NCBI GenBank assembly: GCA_963842945.1
Contig: CAWJIM010000019.1
Coordinates: 160,001 to 224,000 of the forward strand
Direction: 5' to 3'
Length of the DNA stretch: 64,000 nucleotides
From: an uncultured Gemmatimonadales bacterium
GTDB lineage: Bacteria; Gemmatimonadota; Gemmatimonadetes; Gemmatimonadales; GWC2-71-9
Below, in pieces: positions 1-8,548 of this stretch (position 1 is its first letter; each line of letters starts with the position of its first letter). The notes under the pieces are model-generated. The model was not told the origin of the DNA and searched no databases. It was given only the letters and a program-made list of their open reading frames with translations. A program made the translations under genes and the position numbers.

Positions 1-436
1 ACGCAATCAGGGTAAGAATCTGGGCGATTGTGACCGCTTTTCCGCTCGAGCGGGCGGGTATGGCTCGAGGTTCGTGGGAGATGAGGGTTCCAAGGAAGGC
101 CAGCGTAGCCACGATGTCGCGCAGGAGAACCCCCACGATTTCCCAGATCTCGAGGCGCCCGGAGAAGGCGACCACCCCAACCGCAGCGGCCATGAACACT
201 TTATCAGCGATCGGATCTATCACCGGGCCCAACGGCGAGCCCCCCAGTCGGCGCGCCACCGGCCCATCGAGCAGGTCCGTAACCGCCGCCGCCGCGACGA
301 TGGCCATGCGCCAGCTGGTACTGGAGTCCAGCAGAAACGCCGCGGCCAGAGGTATTCGCAGGCAGCTGATCAGATCGGCCCAGGACCACGAGGCGCGGCC
401 TTGCTCGCCTCTACGAGCCGGACTAGCTTCGGTCAC
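1..436 (-). CDS. CDP-alcohol phosphatidyltransferase family protein (3' end runs off window)
   Basis: Not in the ORF track. GTG at 436 with upstream GAGGGGAG. Translation contains TDLLDGPVARRLGGSPLGPVIDPIADK, matching the DxxDGxxAR...GxxxDxxxD signature. Confidence 0.85.
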   Translation of the reverse strand, partial: MTEASPARRGEQGRASWSWADLISCLRIPLAAAFLLDSSTSWRMAIVAAAAVTDLLDGPVARRLGGSPLGPVIDPIADKVFMAAAVGVVAFSGRLEIWEIVGVLLRDIVATLAFLGTLISHEPRAIPARSSGKAVTIAQILTLIA

Positions 437-478
437 GCTGCTCCCCTCGCCGAACGTGAGCGTGCAAGATACCCCCTC

Positions 479-1252
479 ATGATACTCGACACGGCGGTGA
501 TCCCGTGCGGTGGGCTGGGCACAAGGCTGCATCCCATCACCCGCTGGCTCCCCAAAGAGGTACTTCCAGTCGCACTCAAGCCGGTGTTGTATTGGACCCT
601 GGATGAGGCCGCCGATGCCGGGCTGCTCCGGGCCATCATCATCACCAACCCCCATAAGCCAATGCTGGAAACGGTCGCCCGCAACTACCCGGGCCCGCTG
701 GAGCTGGAATTTGTGCCCCAGGATCATCCGAAAGGACTGGGCGACGCGTTCCTCCGCGCCCGCGACAATCTCGGCGGCTCACCGTTCCTGGCCCTTCTTC
801 CCGACAATCTCTTCCAGGGGCCGAACCCGACGGCCGCTGTGCTGGCCACCTACAAGAAGACCAGACTTGCCACGGTTCTGCTCGCGGAGATCGATAGGGC
901 GCAGGCCGGTTCCAAAGGCGCCACCGGAAGAGCGGCGGTGCGGCCCGCAGCCGATGGGACACTCCGGGTGGTGGCCGTGGCCGACAAGGGATCTGGCCGG
1001 TTCGACACTGCAGGAGCCGACGCTGCCGTAACCCCGATCGGCCGAATGGCCTTCGGTGGTGACATCCTGGATCTGTTTGAGGACGTCGGCCGGGGACTCC
1101 CGCCGGGAAAGGAGCTGGATGATGTTCCGGTGCTGCAGCGCCTGGCCCAACGTGAGGCATTGGCCGGAGTCATCAGCCCTGCGCGATTCTTCGATGTTGG
1201 TGTGCCTGAGGGATACCGGGAAGCGGTGGCCGCTTCCCCCGCCCGGGCGTGA
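479..1252 (+). CDS. Sugar-phosphate nucleotidyltransferase (GalU-like)
   Basis: AVIPCGGLGTRLHPITRWLPKEVLPV (GxGTRxxPxTxxxPK), QDHPKGLGDA and C-terminal FDVG. Start moved to ATG 479. Confidence 0.85.
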   Translation: MILDTAVIPCGGLGTRLHPITRWLPKEVLPVALKPVLYWTLDEAADAGLLRAIIITNPHKPMLETVARNYPGPLELEFVPQDHPKGLGDAFLRARDNLGGSPFLALLPDNLFQGPNPTAAVLATYKKTRLATVLLAEIDRAQAGSKGATGRAAVRPAADGTLRVVAVADKGSGRFDTAGADAAVTPIGRMAFGGDILDLFEDVGRGLPPGKELDDVPVLQRLAQREALAGVISPARFFDVGVPEGYREAVAASPARA

Positions 1253-1267
1253 TCAGCAGGTGCCAGC

Positions 1268-1570
1268 GTGAGCACCTTCAATCACTACCTGGTCGAGCTC
1301 ACCGCGATCAGCTCCGAGCGGCTCCGCGACACCGATGCGCTTTCGGCGCTGGTGGTCGCGGCAGCAGGCGCCGTCGGTATGCCCGGGCTGGGACCACCGG
1401 TCGCGCGGCAGGGCGCCGGCGAAATAGCGGTTGCGCTCCTCTGCCTGGAGGGCCATATCGTGCTTCATTGCGCCCCCTCAGTCGGAGTCTGCCTGGTGGA
1501 CATTGTCGCCCGCGCTCCAGCCGACGTGGGGAAAGGAATCGATGTGATCAGCCGCCGGCTGGCGGTCTGA
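1268..1570 (+). CDS. S-adenosylmethionine decarboxylase (SpeD)-fold protein lacking the autoprocessing serine
   Basis: The pattern HYLVEL..LRDTDAL..AAGAVG..LLCLEGHIVLHCAP..GVCLVD parallels class 1 AdoMetDC (H.l.D..L.D..L..AA..LLxESHxSxHTxPExGxxxxD). ESH is EGH here. Confidence 0.65.
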   Translation: MSTFNHYLVELTAISSERLRDTDALSALVVAAAGAVGMPGLGPPVARQGAGEIAVALLCLEGHIVLHCAPSVGVCLVDIVARAPADVGKGIDVISRRLAV

Positions 1571-4228
1571 CACTGGTGCCGCGCACCACGCCCTCAGCTC
1601 GCTGCCCAGGATCCAGGTTGATCTGAGCAATCTGCAGCACCTCTTCGCGGGTGACCGCCCGGAAGGCCGCTGCGGGATCTTCCAGATCGCTGAGACCCTC
1701 GCCAATCAGCCAGGCCTCCAGCATCTCCCCCGCCAACGCGCCCGCGCTCTGTCTCCCGACCTCGGCCTGTCCTGCCAGGTAATTGATCGCCTGGCTCAGC
1801 TCCACCTCGTCCACCGGAGTGGTTCGAAACACCTCCAGCTCCTGCAGCATTGCCGTCCGCGCCTCTTCCTCCCGCTCCGGGGAAGTGGCGATGTAAGCGA
1901 CTAGGGCCCCGGCCCGCCCTCGCTGCCAGCTCGAGGCAAGTACGGTATAGGCCAGAGAGCGCCGGTCGCGCAGAGCCTCGAAGAGTCGGCCTCCGAGTCC
2001 GCTGGCCACCGCCGCCCATACCTCCGCCGCGTGCCGCTGTGATGCTCCCCGGGCGGGCCCAGGGAAGATCATGGCCAGGGCGGTCTGCGCCTTCTCCCGA
2101 GAAACCACTCGCATTTCCCCGGCGTTTGGCCCCCCTACCGGACTTGTCGGCCTTCCCCTGGGTCCCGGGCCGATACTCCTGGAAAATTCCCGCCAGTGTG
2201 CCACTGGCCTCTTCCGGATCGATGTCGCCCACCGCGAGAACCACTGGCCGGACTCCGAGCATTGCCCGGCTATGCCAGGCACGAACCTCAGAGGCGGAAA
2301 TGCCGGCAAGGGTCTCGGGCAAACCAGCAACCGGAAGCCCATAGGTTCGGTCCCCAAAAGCTCCAGCGAATCCCAGCTGGAACGGATAGCGGAACATGTC
2401 ATCGGCCACCTGCTCGGCCTCGATCTTCATCAGGTCGCGCTCGGTGTTGATGTCAGCCTCGGCGAAGCGGGGAGCAGTGCAGACCTGGTCCAGCAGAGCT
2501 GCCGCTTCAGCCAGATGCTGGGTCAGAACATTGGTGCCGAAACCGAGCCAGTCCGAGGCGGCTGTCGGACTCAAAGTCCCGCCCAGCCGCTCGAAGGCGA
2601 ACGCCAGGCCTGCTGCATCCAGATCTCCAGCCCCTCGCACCGAGCTGCGGACCATGAGAGTTGCCAGCCCCGCGCGCTCCGGCGGCTCGAACTCGAGCCG
2701 GGGCACGTAGAGTCCCAGAGAAACCAGAGGAACGCCGGTCTTGCGCCGAACCAGGAGATCCACTCCCTGCAAAGCGGTGTGGCGCACGTCAGCTTCCCAG
2801 GTGCCACCGACGCGAAGGGACGTGGAGGAGACTCGTACCGGCTGAACCGGCGGGGCAGTGGTGGTGCCTAGTGCCGTAACGGCAAAGCTGCGGGCCAGAA
2901 GGTCGGGCCCGAGATCTTCTCCTTCCTTTTCCGGCAGGTAGACCACCCCGGCGACACTGTCGGGGAGGAGATAGCGCGCGGCGGCCTGGCGAACGGTTTC
3001 CCGATCGACCGAGACCAGGGCGGCATACTCCCGGTCCAGGAAGGACACGTGCTCCAATGCCTCGGCCGATGCCAGGGCAGAAGCCTTCCCTTCCATGGGC
3101 TCCAGCCGTCTTGCCCAGCGGGCGGTGAGCAGAGTGCGCGCTCGATCCAGCTCGTCCGCCGTGGGTCCCACCAGTGTCAGCCGGGCCACGCATTCCGCGA
3201 TCCGCTCGACCGCCAGCGGGACATTCTCAGGAGAGAGATCGGCGCCAATGCTGAAGACCCCGAGCTCGGTGGGAGAGTAGTTATGCGCCGAGACCGAGGT
3301 CACGATCCCAGTATCGCGCAGAGCTTGATAGAGGAGGCTGCCCCTGCCGGAGCCGAGCACCACCGCCGCGAGATCCAGCGCGGGCGCATCCTGGTGCAGT
3401 GCCGGTGCGGTCCTCCAGCCCAGCACCAGCTCGGCTTGAGCAACATCGCCGCGCAGGGTGCGGGCCCGCACCTCGTGCCGCACCGGTTCCTCGGGTGAGG
3501 GATCTATCGCGCCTGGCGCTGGACGCCCAGTCGGCATACCTGGCACGGGCCATTTCGAGCGCCTTCTCGACTGTCACATCACCGGTAATAGCGACGATGG
3601 TTCGCTCGGGCACGTACCGCGACTGATAGTAGCCACGCACATCGTCCCGGGTGAGGCGAGCCAGGTGATCTTCATGACCGATGCGCCAACGCCGGATCCT
3701 GTGCCGGTCGAACATCACTTCATGCAGGGTCTCCTGGGCGACGGCTCCGGGAGTGTCGCGTTTCCGCTTGGCCTCCTGAATGATGACCTGAAGTTCGCGG
3801 GCCAGCTCACCCGGATCGATGAGGGAATTGCGCAGCGCGTCCGATTGGATGTCCAGCGCAGCATCCAGACCCGATGCCGGAAGCACGGTGAAGTAGCTGG
3901 TATGATCGTATCCGGTGCCGGCGTTGAGATACCCGCCTGCAGCCTTGGTCTCCCGGGCGATTGCGCCAACTGCCCGGCGCGGCGTGCCCTTGAAGAACAT
4001 GTGTTCCAGGACATGCGAGATGCCGACCCAGCGGTCCGGCTCGTCGAAAAAGCCCGCTTTCACGTGGGTCACCACGGCCACGACCGGGGCGGAGTGATCC
4101 GGCTGAACCAGGAGCGTCAGGCCGTTTGGCAGCACCTCCCGATGGACACCCTTGGTCCAAAGAGGTGAGCGGGGAGCCCGGCCCTCATGGGCCGCGGTAA
4201 GCGGTGAGCGGGAGGGGGAAACGGTCAT
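1548..4228 (-). CDS. M16 (pitrilysin/PqqL-like) zinc peptidase; two apparent frameshifts (~3528, ~2125-2170)
   Basis: LPNGL..GISHVLEHMFFKGT (HxxEH). Homology continues across ORFs 3281..4291, 1594..3546 and 1548..2402 (GLGGRLFEALRDRRSLAY). ATG 4228 with AAGGA RBS. Confidence 0.85.
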
Positions 4229-4301
4229 CTCTATCCTTGAGGTAGTCAAAAAAACGGGGAGCTCCAAACTTAACCGGAACCCCCCGCTCACCGCTTACCG
4301 C
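4194..4301. repeat. Perfect 19-bp inverted repeat built from 7-bp units (GCGGTAA/GCGGTGA)
   Basis: 4194-4212 GCGGTAAGCGGTGAGCGGG and 4283-4301 CCCGCTCACCGCTTACCGC. The pair encloses the M16 peptidase RBS and start codon. Confidence 0.85.
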
Positions 4302-4308
4302 TTACGCT

Positions 4309-5427
4309 TTATTGCATTATCCGAAGCACGCCCGCCTCGGCACTTCCTCTGATGAATGCTTCAGCATCCGTGGTGGGGATAACCACGCCGGTTTCAGCCT
4401 GGCCCCGGCGGGCCAAACTGGCCATGAAATCGCTCAGCGATCCATGAGCCCATTCCCGGTCGGCGGCTTTCATCTGCAACAGAATTTCATCCCACGTGCC
4501 CCGGATGGTCTGGCCTGCCAGGGTCATGATGAGGTGGGGTTCGCTCTGCCCCGGCCGCTTCTGCATGGCGTGCAGCTCGCTGAGCAGGGTGCCGAACAGC
4601 TCTAGCTGGTGCGGGTCGCGTACGCCCCCGTCGGCCTGCTGGGCCTCGACCTCGGCCAGCAGCATATCGATCGCATCCGGCTCGCCGGCCACTTCCGCGA
4701 GCCGGGCCAGCCAGGGGGCGAGCTCGGGATCTTCGTCGGGCAGCCGGTAGATCGACTTCTTCAATTCAATATGTCGCCAGATACCCAGCTCGTCGTAATG
4801 ATCCTCGGGCTGGGTTCGCTCCAGCTGATGCAGCGCCGCCTCGCTTTCTCCCCGGTCGTAGAGCAGGTTGGCCAGGTAGATCCGGGCTTCGCTGTATCCC
4901 GCGTCGACCTCCAGCGCACGTCGCAGCCAGTAGAGTGAGCCGGCGTCGTTTCCCAACCGGTGCGAGGCATAACCGAGACAGGCCGCGGCGTCGGGCGATT
5001 CCGGTTGGGCCGCCACGGCCAGGTCGAAGAACCGGTGGGCTGGCGCGACCAGTCCCTCGCGGAACAGGGCGCGTCCGATCTGCAGCATGAGCTCGTGATC
5101 GTCCTGGAATCCGAGCTGCAGAATCCGCTCGACCGCCCGCATGGCGCCCGCCCGATCGCCCAGCTTGAGCAGGGTTTCACCCAGCCCCGCCAGGCCGTCC
5201 TCGTGATCCGGATCCAACGCCAGAGCCTGCTCGAAGCTACGTCTGGACCAGGCGTATTCCTCCCGGGCCAAATGGGCGTAGGCTCTTCCGATGTGCAATT
5301 CTACGGCGTGGGGGTATAGCGCTATGCCTTCATTGAGAACAGTCAGGGCTTCATCGTAGCGGCCTTCGTTATAGAGATGATGGGCTTGTTCGTCGAAATC
5401 GTCGGAGCTGAGGAATGCGTCCGACAT
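4309..5427 (-). CDS. Tetratricopeptide repeat protein
   Basis: Repeated TPR-like helices (GRYDEAL..GIALYP; FEQALALDPDH..GLGETL; RRALEVDAGY..LANLLY). GGAGG RBS. Confidence 0.8.
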   Translation of the reverse strand: MSDAFLSSDDFDEQAHHLYNEGRYDEALTVLNEGIALYPHAVELHIGRAYAHLAREEYAWSRRSFEQALALDPDHEDGLAGLGETLLKLGDRAGAMRAVERILQLGFQDDHELMLQIGRALFREGLVAPAHRFFDLAVAAQPESPDAAACLGYASHRLGNDAGSLYWLRRALEVDAGYSEARIYLANLLYDRGESEAALHQLERTQPEDHYDELGIWRHIELKKSIYRLPDEDPELAPWLARLAEVAGEPDAIDMLLAEVEAQQADGGVRDPHQLELFGTLLSELHAMQKRPGQSEPHLIMTLAGQTIRGTWDEILLQMKAADREWAHGSLSDFMASLARRGQAETGVVIPTTDAEAFIRGSAEAGVLRIMQ

Positions 5428-5531
5428 CGGCAGGACCTCCCGCGACGGGTTAACGACAAGTTACGGAATCGAAGGAAGCGGAGCAAGAGAATCCCTCACC
5501 CTGGAACAACCGGCGGCATCGTCTTCCGCTG

Positions 5532-5547
5532 TGTGATTGCTGTCACA
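5532..5547. promoter_or_regulatory. CRP/FNR-family box
   Basis: TGTGA-TTGCTG-TCACA is a perfect TGTGA-N6-TCACA, lying between the divergent TPR and TolC genes. Confidence 0.55.
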
Positions 5548-5687
5548 CCGCAGCGTGTCTCCGGCCGATATCTCATTTTGGTGTGACGGACAGATCCCCT
5601 AGGTTTAGCTGATGACCCCCCAGCACCTCCAATCGGACGGCGCCGCGTTCGCCTCCAGTTCCAGTCCCTGACTTCCCAGGACCAGTC

Positions 5688-6998
5688 ATGCGCCTCACCG
5701 CGGCTCTGCTGAGCGCGATGGTGGGAATCTCCGCGCCGCTCCTGGCGCAGAAGCCCACCGTTCCGAGCGGACCCATCAGCCTGATCGACGCGATCACCAT
5801 TGGCCGCCGCCAGGGAGTGGAAGCAGCCATTGCCCAGCTGAACGTGCGCGCCGCAGAGGCCCGCAAGGGGCAGCGGCTGGCCGACCTTCTGCCCAACATC
5901 GAAGGACAGGCTTCCTACATTCGCCAGACAATCAACCTCGATGCCTTCGGCTTTCCCGGAGTCAGCGGTGTCACCGATGCATTCAATCTGTACAATGTCC
6001 AGCTTCGCGCCTCCCAGAGCATCCTGGATCTCAGCGCGCGAACCCGCTACCGGGCCGGCCAGGACACCGTGGCGGCAGCGAAGCTCGACGCCCGGGTGGT
6101 GGGCGATCTTGCCGGGGCCAATGCCGGCGTGGCCTACCTCCTGGTGCTGAGTGCAGAGGAGACCGTGCGAGCCCGAACGGCAGACAGCACCGTAGCCGCG
6201 GATCTCCTGCAACAGGCGCGAAAGCTGGTCGAGGCCGGAGTAAGTCCCGCGATTGATGCGACTCGCAGTGAGGTGAGCTTCGGTTCGGTACGGACTCAGC
6301 TGTTGATCGCGCGAAACCAGGCCGACCGTTCCCGGCTGGATCTCGTGCGCGCGCTCAACCTGCCATCCAGCACCCGGCTGCAGCTGTCCGATTCTCTTGG
6401 CCTGGCCCCGCTCGAGATACCGCGGGACCCCGAGGAGGCTGCGCGCTACGCCCGCGAGCACCGATCCGAGCTCCTGGCGGAGCATGCCCGCACCGAGGCC
6501 ACCCGGCGAACCCTGCGGGCCATCGGATACGAGAATTTGCCGAGCCTCTCGGTGAATGGGTTTTACACTGAGAGCGGCCAGCAAACCCGGGTTCTGGCCG
6601 GCAGCTACTATCTGCAGCTGTTGCTGAGTGTTCCCATCCTGGACGGATTTCGCCGGCAGAACCGCTCCAAGGAGGAACGGGCTCGCCTGGAGATCCAGGA
6701 GATCAGAGAGCACAACCTGGCTGACCAGGTCGAGACCGAGGCCCGCCAAGCAGTCTTGGACCTTGAGTCGGCGGAGCAGCAGGTGGCAATCGCAAGGGAG
6801 CGGGTGAAGTTGGCCAACCGCGAGTTGAGTGAGGCGCAGCAGCGGTTCACGGCGGGCGTGGCCGGCAGCGTGGAAACCACCAACGCTCAAAGCTCGGTGA
6901 TTGCCGCCCAGGACGCTCTCATTCAGGCTCGGGTGGGCTACGGCACGGCCCGGGTTGGGGCGTATCGCGCCCTCGGCGTCATCGAACAACTCCATTGA
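5688..6998 (+). CDS. TolC-family outer membrane efflux protein
   Basis: Signal peptide, two OEP repeats (ADLLPNIEG; LPSLSVNG..VPILDGFR) and RFTAG..E motif. Confidence 0.9.
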   Translation: MRLTAALLSAMVGISAPLLAQKPTVPSGPISLIDAITIGRRQGVEAAIAQLNVRAAEARKGQRLADLLPNIEGQASYIRQTINLDAFGFPGVSGVTDAFNLYNVQLRASQSILDLSARTRYRAGQDTVAAAKLDARVVGDLAGANAGVAYLLVLSAEETVRARTADSTVAADLLQQARKLVEAGVSPAIDATRSEVSFGSVRTQLLIARNQADRSRLDLVRALNLPSSTRLQLSDSLGLAPLEIPRDPEEAARYAREHRSELLAEHARTEATRRTLRAIGYENLPSLSVNGFYTESGQQTRVLAGSYYLQLLLSVPILDGFRRQNRSKEERARLEIQEIREHNLADQVETEARQAVLDLESAEQQVAIARERVKLANRELSEAQQRFTAGVAGSVETTNAQSSVIAAQDALIQARVGYGTARVGAYRALGVIEQLH

Positions 6999-7025
6999 TC
7001 GCCTGATGGGCGACCGGGACGGATA

Positions 7026-8123
7026 ATGGCAGACGGCACCAACGAGGGCCCGGCAGAGGTCGGGGAAACCAGGCCTAAGCGGCGGCGGATTCCGGTCATC
7101 GTCGTGGGGGTGCTGGCGCTGGCGCTCGCCGTCTGGGGGGTGAAGCGCTATCTGTATTCCCGGCATCATGTCTCGACCGACAATGCCCAGATCGACGGCC
7201 ACATTACTCTGATCGCGCCCCGGATCGCCGCCTTCGTTACCCGGATTCTGGTTGACGACAACCAGCACGTGCAGGCCGGTGATACGCTGGTGGTGCTGGA
7301 CGACCGGGACCTCAAGGTCAAGGTGCAGCAGGCCGAGGCGGACCTGCACGAGGCCGAGGCAGCAGTCGGGAGCCGCCGCGGGCGGGCCGGGCAGACCCAG
7401 GCTCAGCTCCAGGCCACTCGGGCGGAAGCAGCATCGGCCCAGGCATCGGTCAGCGCGGCCGAAGCCGATTACCATAAGGCCGCGGCCGATGTGGAGCGCT
7501 ATCGCAAGCTGGTGGATCAGAAGATCGTATCGGCCCAGCAGTTCGATGCCGCCGAGGCCGCTGCCGCCCAGGCTGCCGCCAAGCTGGAGGCGGCGCGCCG
7601 GCAGGCGGCCGCAGCTGGGAGCCAGGTGTCGGCGTCGGGCGCAGCCGTGCGCAGCGCCGATGCCCGCCTGGCGGCCGCTCAAGCCGCGGTGGACAATGCC
7701 AGGCTGCAGCTCAGCTACGCCTACATCACCGCACCGGTGTCGGGAACCGTGGCCAAGCGGAATTCCGAAATTGGAGCGCTGGTGCAGGTGGGGCAGACCC
7801 TCATGTCCATCGTGCCTGACGAGAACGTTTGGGTGACGGCCAACCTCAAGGAAACCCAGTTGACCCACGTGCGGGTGGGCGACCGGGCCGAGTTTACGGT
7901 TGACGCCTATCCCGGCCGCAGCTTTGAGGGCCGGGTGGAGAGTCTCAGTCCGGCGACCGGGGCCCGGTTTGCCTTGCTCCCTCCCGACAACGCGACAGGG
8001 AACTTTACCAAGGTGGTGCAACGGATTCCGGTCCGAATTGCCGTGGACCAGCCGGCAGGCACCCCGGTGCCCCTGAGACCAGGCATGTCGGTGGACGTGA
8101 CAATAGAAACGGGGAAGAAATAA
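7026..8123 (+). CDS. HlyD/EmrA-family periplasmic adaptor
   Basis: STDNAQI, ITAPVSG, WVTANLKETQL and FALLPPDNATGNFTKVVQRIPVRI (EmrA signature). Confidence 0.92.
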   Translation: MADGTNEGPAEVGETRPKRRRIPVIVVGVLALALAVWGVKRYLYSRHHVSTDNAQIDGHITLIAPRIAAFVTRILVDDNQHVQAGDTLVVLDDRDLKVKVQQAEADLHEAEAAVGSRRGRAGQTQAQLQATRAEAASAQASVSAAEADYHKAAADVERYRKLVDQKIVSAQQFDAAEAAAAQAAAKLEAARRQAAAAGSQVSASGAAVRSADARLAAAQAAVDNARLQLSYAYITAPVSGTVAKRNSEIGALVQVGQTLMSIVPDENVWVTANLKETQLTHVRVGDRAEFTVDAYPGRSFEGRVESLSPATGARFALLPPDNATGNFTKVVQRIPVRIAVDQPAGTPVPLRPGMSVDVTIETGKK

Positions 8124-8161
8124 TTCATCCGCCGGGACCACTGCAGCAAACAAGTAAAAGC

Positions 8162-8482
8162 AGCCACTGATGAACACAGATGAAAGCGGATCGACTCCGG
8201 CTAGACGCTAGCCTGGACTTTGAAGGGCCTGTGGTGGTTTGCCATTCACCACAACATCAGCCCGAAACCGACCGATTACATGTCCGCGAAAATAGACCTT
8301 GATGGGCAATTCTCTGTAGACAGCCAGGCCCTCCGCACGGAGCACTAAGCTGAGGGCCTCTACGTATACCCCCTCCAAGAATCCCTGGCCCAACTCCTTG
8401 TATACCTGGTAGAAACTCCCGATGACACTCCGTGTTATCTCATAGTGTTTCAGATCATTTCCATCCGTGTTCATCCGCGGCT
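8162..8482. repeat. 21-bp imperfect inverted repeat bracketing the GxxExxY remnant
   Basis: 8162-8182 AGCCACTGATGAACACAGATG versus the reverse complement of 8462-8482, AGCCGCGGATGAACACGGATG (18/21). Confidence 0.75.
8208..8474 (-). pseudogene. GxxExxY protein (PD-(D/E)XK-like), C-terminally truncated
   Basis: LGQGFLEGVY = GxxExxY. RADVVV is present, but the expected VExK and C-terminal half are absent. Lower GC than the flanks. Confidence 0.8.
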
Positions 8483-8548
8483 CCGCCGATTGGCAGAAAC
8501 AACTTACGTCCTACTCACGCAGCCCGGAGTATCGGTTAGCTTAGAAAC

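Noticed and set aside
74..478. N-terminal extension of the nucleotidyltransferase ORF
   Set aside because: It overlaps the minus-strand CDP-alcohol transferase, and homology starts at ATG 479.
5496..8177. 893-aa minus-strand ORF (and similar long antisense ORFs over metH, the Hcy-MT/MTHFR fusion, OPT and polX)
   Set aside because: These are shadows of well-supported plus-strand genes, with no motifs. Long antisense ORFs are expected at high GC.
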